Shown here: positions 39,515-47,657 of the stretch, piece by piece | Position numbering within the stretch: position 1 is the stretch's first letter | Layout of the letters: the number at the start of each line of letters is the position of its first letter | DNA from: a virus | Taxonomy: Duplodnaviria > Caudoviricetes | Length of the DNA stretch: 59,354 bases | Reading direction: 5' to 3' (one strand) | Virus record (IMG/VR): IMGVR_UViG_3300020021_000011 | Coordinates: 1 to 59,354 of that record | Position numbers and translations under genes: made by a program | Notes under the pieces: generated by a model | Databases searched by the model: none | Seen by the model: only the letters and a program-made list of their open reading frames with translations | What the model was told of the DNA's origin: nothing

Positions 39515-40062
39515 ATACTATATATAAATTATAGACGTAGTTCTTTTTCCGTACACCCCTGTCCCACCATATACCCTTAATAGAGATCTATTAGTATATG
39601 ATATAACATTTATACGGTATTAATAAGGGTATACGTAGATTAACTATGTTTAACTATACTGCTTGTTCTATATATCCCTGAAAGATATAATATGGATAGC
39701 CACTCCACCCCTGTCCTCAACTTCTATGAGAATTCATACTCTATTATTGTTTATAAGCCCTAATAGGTATTAGTAGGTTACAGTACGTCTTGTATAGATA
39801 TACCCCCAGCTACGTACAGCTTACGGGTGGAGCGGAAATACCTTATTGATATAATCAACAGGCCAAAGACTCCCATAGTGTTGGCACGGCACGCTAGTCC
39901 CCTGTATAATTTATTACCTTTAATATCTATGTCGGTTAATACAGGTTAGAGTAGTTTTTATTAAGACAGCGTTTACTCAGGCTGTTAGCTATATATTATA
40001 CCTTCTTCTAAGTTCTCCATTGCTGGCAGATGAGAAGTCCAATATAGTATATAATCTATTCA
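39515..40062 (-). ncRNA. Candidate large structured non-coding RNA / late-operon leader
   Basis: ORF-free; begins just downstream of a consensus promoter; many helices whose G-U pairs favour the minus strand (see findings). Confidence 0.55.
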
Positions 40063-40068
40063 ATGTGT

Positions 40069-40111
40069 ATTATATACTATTTTATATTAAATGTCAAGTA
40101 AAATCTTTACT
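40069..40111 (-). promoter_or_regulatory. Main late promoter with palindromic box
   Basis: TTGACA (40097-40092), 17 nt, TATAAT (40074-40069), preceded by the AGTAAAgatTTTACT palindrome. Confidence 0.82.
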
Positions 40112-40188
40112 AAAGTATAAATATTATACAGTCAAACCTAAAGCTTCGCCAGAGTACTTATAGTTCTATTACAGAAGAATTAATACTA

Positions 40189-40207
40189 TTCAGGTAGGGG
40201 TATAGCT
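40189..40207. repeat. 19-bp inverted repeat, left copy
   Basis: TTCAGGTAGGGGTATAGCT is the exact reverse complement of 52307-52325. Confidence 0.85.
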
Positions 40208-40405
40208 CCTTAGTTGTTATATCGTCTATAACAGGCATTAGAATTAATCCTAGAGGTACAAGTACACCTACTCTACACCTTCTCCTTACTTTAGTATGTT
40301 TGTATATAAAAATCATATAAGATTGTAGTAAATTAGCTGATATATTTCAATATTGACTTGTTGGGTTTTAAATTATAGCTGCTATTATATTGATGTATAC
40401 GCATA

Positions 40406-40440
40406 CCCCAGACCCCCCACATGCCCCTTCCCTTACCCCC
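40406..40440 (-). other. Five G-tracts (G-quadruplex-capable) at the late/early divergence
   Basis: Minus strand GGGGG-TAA-GGG-AA-GGGG-CATGT-GGGGGG-TCT-GGGG. Confidence 0.55.
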
Positions 40441-40530
40441 TTAATATATAAAAGAGTGCTTAAATAATAGGCAGCAATGAATATATGTAGATAAAACAAG
40501 ATGATAGTATTAATAGACAGGGATATATAA

Positions 40531-40546
40531 TGTTCCACGTGAAACA
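40531..40546. promoter_or_regulatory. parS: parS centromere-like site (ParB binding)
   Basis: TGTTCCACGTGAAACA matches the bacterial parS consensus TGTTNCACGTGAAACA exactly; intergenic. Confidence 0.85.
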
Positions 40547-40892
40547 ATGAGAATGATTCTTAATTGCAATATAAATGCTGCACTGCACAATAAGATAAAA
40601 TGATGTACATATAAAGTATATATCTGTAACAATCACTACACATTGAGCTAGGCATTATACAAGTTAAGAAGAGTGTGATAATAATACAACACAAGAGATT
40701 AATCATACATAACTTGTTATAAATAACTTGAAAGAACAATAAAATAGTATATTCGCGCACGTTCTATATAATATAGTATTGGCAAAACTATATATATAAA
40801 TAAAATGAATAATAATGAAAATAATAGTTGCATAAATAGAATATCTTGCTAATATGTATATAAGGTTAATAACACAAATAAGGAATATCACA

Positions 40893-41078
40893 ATGAATAG
40901 TCAAATCATCATACAGAATCTAGTTAAGTCTAATTCATTACAGCTATTACAAATATCTTATAGAAATGCTGTATTACATGATGATAAAGAGGAAATAACA
41001 TGGATTAAACAGGCTATTAGAATAAAGAAAGAACAAGTAGAAGCTAATAATTTATCTAATCATCATAAATACGCATAA
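40893..41078 (+). CDS. Hypothetical early protein
   Basis: ATG (MNSQII) after TAAGGA SD; TTGCAT/TAATAT promoter-like elements upstream. Confidence 0.6.
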   Translation: MNSQIIIQNLVKSNSLQLLQISYRNAVLHDDKEEITWIKQAIRIKKEQVEANNLSNHHKYA

Positions 41079-41084
41079 TATGTG

Positions 41085-41112
41085 TTGCACGAACAAAAGT
41101 ATTTGATAGAAT
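41085..41112 (+). promoter_or_regulatory. Early sigma70-type promoter
   Basis: TTGCAC, 16 nt including TG, TAGAAT; followed by the same ACAAATAAGGAATA RBS block as the previous gene. Confidence 0.55.
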
Positions 41113-41147
41113 GACTATATTGAATATAACAAATAAGGAATATAAGC

Positions 41148-41327
41148 ATGGTTAAGTTAAATAAAACCCAAACTATTATACTTAATGAAATACAGGAAAG
41201 GGGTATGATGTTACAATGCAACATTACTCAACCGTTCAGTCAGAAGCGTAAACAGGCTGATAAGTTAGTCAAACAGGGACTATTATCAAAGACTGAAACT
41301 CACTGGTTTACTACATATAAGGAATAA
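41148..41327 (+). CDS. Hypothetical early protein (59 aa)
   Basis: MVKLNKTQTIILNEIQERG...; TAAGGA SD. Not in the ORF track. Confidence 0.6.
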   Translation: MVKLNKTQTIILNEIQERGMMLQCNITQPFSQKRKQADKLVKQGLLSKTETHWFTTYKE

Positions 41328-41449
41328 GCCAATGACTGAATCAGAAGCTAAATATATAACTTACCGTGATATTGGATTAATGATAATATCAGCCTGTATT
41401 ATGGTAATAACATTTCATTCAATTAACTATATATAGATTGTACAAAGCA

Positions 41450-42109
41450 ATGATAACTAATAAAGAATACTCAAACTTACAACAGGCATATGATTACTTC
41501 AATAATCTATTGTTTGCTAATAAATTACCTCATGTTCTTATAACACTGCAACATGGTAAGAAATACTATGGTTACTATTGGCCTGAGAAGTTTGTTGAAA
41601 GGACTGATGATTCAAGCTCTGTAGGTGAGATAGCACTTAATCCTGACTTATTTGAAGGTAGAACTGATAAAGAAATACTATCAACTCTAGTACACGAACA
41701 GGTGCATGTATGGCAACAAACATATGGCGAACCGGGGAGGAAAGGTTATCATAATAAAGAATGGGGTAGCAAGATGAAAGAAATAGGCTTATATCCAAGT
41801 AATACAGGCAAAGAAGGTGGTAAAGAGACAGGCAGTAAGATGTCACATTATAGCATTAACCCTGGGGTTTTTGAGCGGTACTGTAATATACTATTAGGTG
41901 AGGGATTTAAACTTAACTGGCAGTCATTCATAGACAAGAAAGCAGATAAGAAAAAGAAACAAACCAGAGTTAAATACTGTTGTGCTGGATGTGGATTAAA
42001 TATGTGGGGTAAACCTGACTCTAATATTATCTGTGAAGATTGCTCAGATATCGAGGAACAGGTAATTGTTAAGCTAGTACCTGGTGATTTAGAAGATAAA
42101 GAGGATTAA
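41450..42109 (+). CDS. SprT-like zinc metalloprotease
   Basis: AYDYFNNLLF, EIALNP, STLVHEQVH, YHNKEW; C-terminal CAGC...CEDC. Confidence 0.9.
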   Translation: MITNKEYSNLQQAYDYFNNLLFANKLPHVLITLQHGKKYYGYYWPEKFVERTDDSSSVGEIALNPDLFEGRTDKEILSTLVHEQVHVWQQTYGEPGRKGYHNKEWGSKMKEIGLYPSNTGKEGGKETGSKMSHYSINPGVFERYCNILLGEGFKLNWQSFIDKKADKKKKQTRVKYCCAGCGLNMWGKPDSNIICEDCSDIEEQVIVKLVPGDLEDKED

Positions 42110-42110
42110 T

Positions 42111-42308
42111 ATGATAGCAATTAAAATAAAACAAGGTGATGTTTTGTACAAATCAACGGTTAAAAGTCCTCCAAAAGAATCTATTAAATTAGTAGAAAAG
42201 AACTTGACTAAGTTTATATCAGGCTGTAAGCTTGACGATGTTGAATTAACTCGATTCAACACGGAATATGATAGTAAGCGGTTTGTATTTGAACATAACA
42301 TAGATTAA
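42111..42308 (+). CDS. Hypothetical protein
   Basis: GAGGA SD; coupled to the previous gene. Confidence 0.55.
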   Translation: MIAIKIKQGDVLYKSTVKSPPKESIKLVEKNLTKFISGCKLDDVELTRFNTEYDSKRFVFEHNID

Positions 42309-43148
42309 GGGTTATTATATGTTTCCTAAAGATGAAAAAGAAGTTAATGCTTCATTGGTTGGTAATGCGCCATATATGAAAATATACAATATTAAATCAG
42401 AATATGGAACAGCTAATATAAGAATAACAGCGCAAGAAATAGTTATATCTAACAGTGATTTGCGTATTACAATTAATAATAAGAATTAATATAATATGCC
42501 TTGCTGTACTATAAGCAAGGTTAGTTAGAGCTTTGAGTCAAAGAGGATAGAAACAATAAGACGTAGTCGAAAAGGTCAAACATGCCTAGAAAGAATGTAA
42601 AAGAATATTATAAACAGAAGAAAGAAAACAATATATGCTTGTATTGTACTGAACCAGCTAAAGATGGAAAGAATAGGTGTGTTATACCGTGTTGAGTAAT
42701 CAACATCGTCAAGCTTTAGGCTTGAATACCACATATATAAATGAATACAACAAAGAATATAATAGGGGTTGACATAATGGATAGAATAGTATTTATATTT
42801 AATTTAAGCTGTTATTTCTTGGTAGGTATAGTATTAGCAGCCTTAATGCACTTGTATAATAATTTATAAGAGGGGATAGAATAAATGGTACATGCAATAT
42901 TATATACTTCTATGGTATGGATTATAACAGGGTTAACATTAGTAGGGATTTTGTGTTTTAAATATGAAATGTCTGTTAGTTTTCCTATAAATCAAATAAC
43001 TTCAAGAATTAAATAACTGTTGACAAATATGATTATTACAATTAATAAGAAAGGAAAGTTTTATACCCGGCTTACTTTTAGCTAGGTTAATTTAAGTCTT
43101 GAGTGCAGCTAAAAACAAACACAACAATTTAACGAGAGGGAGTTAGAT

Positions 43149-44249
43149 ATGCTTAATAGAGTTAATGATATCAGCCCGTATATGGGATGTGACCCTGAAT
43201 TCTTTTTCAGGAAAGACGGGGAAATAGTAGGGGCAGAAACGATGCTTGCACCCAGTGGATTAGACGTAGGGAACGGCTCTAGGTTTATTATAGATGGAGT
43301 GCAGGCAGAACTTAATCCAGCGCCTAGTTTTTGCAGGGCTAATTTAGCTAATAATATCAGGGTTTGCTTTTCTACCCTTATCAAGGAAATGGCTAAACAT
43401 AAAGGTTTCACTGCTGATTTCTCAACCACTGTTGAAATATCTAAAGAAAACCTGGCACAACTTAATGAAGCTGCTAAACGCTTTGGATGTGCCCCCAGTC
43501 AAAGTATATATAAGAAAGTGGGTGTTAATATAGCTGGTATCGACCCTATCAAGTATCGTAAACGTGCTGCTGGCGGGCATATTCATATCGGTATGGATGA
43601 GTATAAGTCCTTTGGTCTTAAACGAGCATTAAAAGAAGACTATGCTAAAGTAGTACAGATGCTAGATATTATCTGCGGGAATACATGTGTACTAATAGAC
43701 CGTGACGAAGGTAATATTGAACGTAGAAAGCTATATGGCAGGGCAGGGGAATACAGACTACCAGAACATGGAATAGAATATAGGACTCTATCTAACTTCT
43801 GGTTGACGTCTTATCCATTACTGTCAATGGCATTCGGGCTTGCAAGGTTAGCTGTACAGCTTATAGCAGATAAGAATTATGTAGTATTATATAATGAGTT
43901 TATTAGTGCTTCTAATCTAGCTAATGTCCATAAAGCTATTAATAACAATGATTTTGATTTAGCTATGGAAAACTTTAAGAATGTTGAGAAGTTAATTATG
44001 GAAGTGTCTAATACTGGTGATAGATACACTGTAACCAGTGCTAATATTAAAGAGTTTCATCACTTTGTATATAAGATTAAATCAGATGGATTGAAGTATT
44101 GGTTTAAAGATGAACCCCTTAAACATTGGACTAGTATAAGGGAATGTCATGCAGGGGGGTTCCATGACTATCTTCTTAATGTAGTACAACCTGATATGCT
44201 TAAGGATAATAAATCACTACAAACTAAGGCAGCTACGAAAGTCGCCTGA
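43149..44249 (+). CDS. phiEco32-like COOH-NH2 ligase type 2
   Basis: MGCDPEFF, DGVQAELNP, FGCAPS, RAAGGHIHIG, RRKLYGRAGEYR, GIEYRTLSNFW. Confidence 0.92.
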   Translation: MLNRVNDISPYMGCDPEFFFRKDGEIVGAETMLAPSGLDVGNGSRFIIDGVQAELNPAPSFCRANLANNIRVCFSTLIKEMAKHKGFTADFSTTVEISKENLAQLNEAAKRFGCAPSQSIYKKVGVNIAGIDPIKYRKRAAGGHIHIGMDEYKSFGLKRALKEDYAKVVQMLDIICGNTCVLIDRDEGNIERRKLYGRAGEYRLPEHGIEYRTLSNFWLTSYPLLSMAFGLARLAVQLIADKNYVVLYNEFISASNLANVHKAINNNDFDLAMENFKNVEKLIMEVSNTGDRYTVTSANIKEFHHFVYKIKSDGLKYWFKDEPLKHWTSIRECHAGGFHDYLLNVVQPDMLKDNKSLQTKAATKVA

Positions 44250-44371
44250 TTGCTCTATATACAAATGTTATTAATCACGCAGGTAGATATATGAAAACTA
44301 AATTAAGGTATTATATTATTAATAAAATTAACAACGTATAGAGCTAAATATACATAAGGAATTGAAACTAT

Positions 44372-44590
44372 ATGCAAATGATATTTAGTATAATATACTT
44401 TACTGGTATCTGTGCTGTTATGATACTTGCATGGCGTATTATATGGTGGCAAGAAGTAAAATATGAGAAAAATAATAAAATAATAGTTGACAATTGCGAT
44501 ACATTTGATACTATCATAATTAATAATAAGCCTGTAATAAGTTATAATAATACTCTTGTAGCTAAAATAAAGGATATAGATGATGTATAA
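44372..44590 (+). CDS. Hypothetical membrane protein
   Basis: N-terminal TM segment; AAGGA upstream. Confidence 0.45.
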   Translation: MQMIFSIIYFTGICAVMILAWRIIWWQEVKYEKNNKIIVDNCDTFDTIIINNKPVISYNNTLVAKIKDIDDV

Positions 44591-44741
44591 TATTATTAAT
44601 ATAAATACCGGTAAAACAGTAAGACAATACAACAGCTTAGATATTGCTTGTAATATAGTTGATATGCTTCATTCTACTGAACACCTTGACGAATCGGGCA
44701 AACTAGTGTCACAATATATAATAGAATTGCTGTAAAAGGAA

Positions 44742-45074
44742 ATGGGAATTAAGTCAATGATTAACATAGTACAGTCAGAAATACTTAATGCTGCGTGGCA
44801 AGAGTATCTATTATACAGAAATATGAGTTTAGATGTATATGACTCTGCTGTTGTTTTGTACAATTCAAGTCGTAATGATAAGAACACAGAAGTTGTAAAA
44901 CTAGAAGCATTTAAATTATATGATGAAGGTGATAAATTATATAAAATAAGTCTTGACTTATGGAAAGATGCAGTATATAAAATCTATGGTGAAATAAATA
45001 TAACATGGGAATATAAGTACGGCGGTTACTGTGCTATATTACCGGATAATATATATAAGTTTGAAAGATGGTAA
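44742..45074 (+). CDS. Hypothetical protein
   Basis: EGDKL...LWKDAV..IYG.I.I.W pattern seen in phage early proteins. Confidence 0.6.
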   Translation: MGIKSMINIVQSEILNAAWQEYLLYRNMSLDVYDSAVVLYNSSRNDKNTEVVKLEAFKLYDEGDKLYKISLDLWKDAVYKIYGEINITWEYKYGGYCAILPDNIYKFERW

Positions 45075-45266
45075 GGCTTTAATATGATATATGGACAAAG
45101 ATATTTAATCTATCAGGATATTGGTGATGTTATACCAGAAGATAAAGGTAAATGGTTCTATTATGATACATGGAGTAGACCAGATTCCGATGTCGGGGGG
45201 TTTAAGACTGAGAAAGCCTGTAAAGATGCAGTTAATAAACTGTCTATAAATTAGGGAATATATAGA

Positions 45267-45533
45267 ATGACAACTAAGTTGCAATTAACAACTGATAATA
45301 CTAAGATAGAATTTAGTGAGTTTATGCGCAGGTGTTGGGATAAACATATATATCCTGCTCCCATTGCATATGAAAACCCCGATGCTAAGTTTAGTAGTAT
45401 GGTTAGTTTCCGTGTTAAGATAGGGGAGATACATATACAGTTTAATAAGAGCGCAGACGGGCAAAACTTGTGTTATGTGGATATTAATAATCCAGCTACA
45501 CATAAAGCATTGCATGACATTAATTTTCTATAA
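45267..45533 (+). CDS. Hypothetical protein
   Basis: AGGGA SD; 88 aa. Confidence 0.6.
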   Translation: MTTKLQLTTDNTKIEFSEFMRRCWDKHIYPAPIAYENPDAKFSSMVSFRVKIGEIHIQFNKSADGQNLCYVDINNPATHKALHDINFL

Positions 45534-45547
45534 AGAGGACTTGAATT

Positions 45548-45997
45548 ATGCCAATAGATAATATTGAAATAGGGAAAGCTTATAAGACTAGAAGCGGGTT
45601 TAAAGTTATTATTACTCACATTATTGAAGGGGCTGAATATAGCCATAAAGTAATTGGGTATGCAGAAGGGTTTGCAACTGATATAAAATGCTGGTTAGTT
45701 ACTGGTAGGGTCAGTAGAACAGCTACTAATTCTCCCTTTGATTTAATGGATGAATGGATAGAGCCAGTTACTAAGCATATATTTATCAATGTGTTTGAAG
45801 GTAATGTATTAGGCTCTATCTGTAATACTCTTGAACAAGCTTTAGCATTTAATGGAGTAATTAAAACACTACATCAAGTAATAAATGTTAGCGAAGGTAG
45901 CATTATAAGAAGTACGTGGCTATTTCCAAATCGTAGACCTGTGACAGATGGTGAAATAATTGAAACGGAGGACGAAAGAGATGTCTTACTTAATTGA
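45548..45997 (+). CDS. Hypothetical protein
   Basis: IEIGKAYKTRSGFKV...DLMDEW pattern common in phages; GAGGA SD. Confidence 0.7.
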   Translation: MPIDNIEIGKAYKTRSGFKVIITHIIEGAEYSHKVIGYAEGFATDIKCWLVTGRVSRTATNSPFDLMDEWIEPVTKHIFINVFEGNVLGSICNTLEQALAFNGVIKTLHQVINVSEGSIIRSTWLFPNRRPVTDGEIIETEDERDVLLN

Positions 45998-46587
45998 GCA
46001 TATTAAATTAACTATAATAGTTTTTAAGGAATTATTCAAGAAATAAGTATTGACATTTAAAAGAAAGTATGATTTAACTATGAATAATATGGAGATTGCA
46101 GATAAGCGATAAGAGGGGGATAACCATATAAAAATACTTCCCAAAGTAACATATAAAAAGGCTTGACAAATGACATTATTTACTTTATATCTCTTTACAA
46201 GATTAGACCACTTATTTAACAGCTTATATAAGACATAAAGCAAGGCAGGACGCAAGAGGATGAAATTATATTGGGTTAAGATAAAAGTAAATAGTAGCAC
46301 TCTTATACAACATATGTATGCTATGAGTATCTTTGCTATAGTTGATAGACTACATAAAAGTTATAAACCATTGAATACTTTACCAGAAATAGAAATAGTA
46401 TCTTGTGTTAAGATTGCTCAATCAGAGGATTAATAATATGCGAAGTTATTTTATTAAGTATACCCATGCCCATGCTTTATTCGTAAGACGGGTAAAGTTA
46501 GTTAGTGTGTTTGATTTAGTTAAATGGCTTATTAAAGAATATAAGACTGATATTAATATAAAATTTATAAATATACTGGATAAATAA

Positions 46588-46833
46588 ATGACACATTTTA
46601 CCGAATACTTAATTGATAATATAACTCTGATAGCAATAGTATTTAATATTGTATGGACTATAATATTAGCTCTTAATTGGTATAAATTATTACATAAAAT
46701 AAACCAGGAAGATTTCAAGACGTTTTATTATACTCTTGTTTATAGTGATGCCAGAGATTTACATTATGATATTACCAGAATTATGGAAAAGCTTAATAAT
46801 AATACCTGGGTTAAGATAAAGTTAAAATATTGA
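46588..46833 (+). CDS. Hypothetical membrane protein
   Basis: Hydrophobic N-terminal segment. Confidence 0.45.
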   Translation: MTHFTEYLIDNITLIAIVFNIVWTIILALNWYKLLHKINQEDFKTFYYTLVYSDARDLHYDITRIMEKLNNNTWVKIKLKY

Positions 46834-47004
46834 AACACTTAATGAAAGATTGCAATATGAATAAGTATTATAAAGCTGGTTTCTGTGATGGTATATTAGG
46901 AAGAAACTCAAACTTTTTATCATGCTTTTATAATCAATCAAGATATTATATAGGCTATTATGACGGGCGCAGGGAAAGAATACTTAGAAATATAAATATA
47001 GAGG

Positions 47005-47481
47005 TTGACTATGTCTGTTAAACTATTTGTATATGGAACACTAAAAAAAGGACTTATTAATCACCGGTATTTACAAGGCGCAGAATACTTAGGCCGAGTA
47101 GATATAGCACATAGAAGATTAAGAATAGTTGAAGGCTTTGGTTATAACTTTCCTATAATAGAGAAGCATTGGGAACCGAGATATATATTTAATGGTACTG
47201 CTATTGATAGTGCAAGTATTAATCCTAATAAGTCCCCCTCTGTATCTGGGGAACTTTATCTGTGTGAAGATTCTCATATTATTGACTTGGATTATTTAGA
47301 AAAGGGCTATAGATTAGAATATGGGAATGATAATATATCTTATTATAGACCTCTATTTAGAACAGATAAATATACTTTAATGACGCCTGACGAAAATGCT
47401 ATATACAAATTTACAAAAACAGACCAGTTTAAGAAAGTTGAAACCAATGTCAAACCAAACAGAACCCAAAGCGCCACTTAA
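47005..47481 (+). CDS. Gamma-glutamylcyclotransferase (AIG2/GGACT-like)
   Basis: LFVYGTLKKGLINH, VSGELY, LDYLE. Confidence 0.9.
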   Translation: MTMSVKLFVYGTLKKGLINHRYLQGAEYLGRVDIAHRRLRIVEGFGYNFPIIEKHWEPRYIFNGTAIDSASINPNKSPSVSGELYLCEDSHIIDLDYLEKGYRLEYGNDNISYYRPLFRTDKYTLMTPDENAIYKFTKTDQFKKVETNVKPNRTQSAT

Positions 47482-47657
47482 TAAGCCAGTTCCAAACTAT
47501 TCTCAGTTTATTTTAGATTTAGACTTGACAGATAATGAATACTGTGATACAGATAATTTAAGGGATCAGGGACTAGAAATACCAGAACAGAGCGTATCTG
47601 ACTGATAATAAAGCATTATTTAAACAAATAGCATTTAATTTAAAAGAGGGGTCTCCT

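Noticed and set aside
40560-40891. Minus-strand hydrophobic ORFs 40560-40760 and 40703-40891
   Set aside because: Low-complexity translations of AT-rich promoter DNA with no SD.
41069-41096. dif-like site (ATACGCATAA-TATGTG-TTGCACGAAC)
   Set aside because: The left arm resembles XerC, but the right arm does not match TTATGTTAAAT and is better explained as a -35 box.
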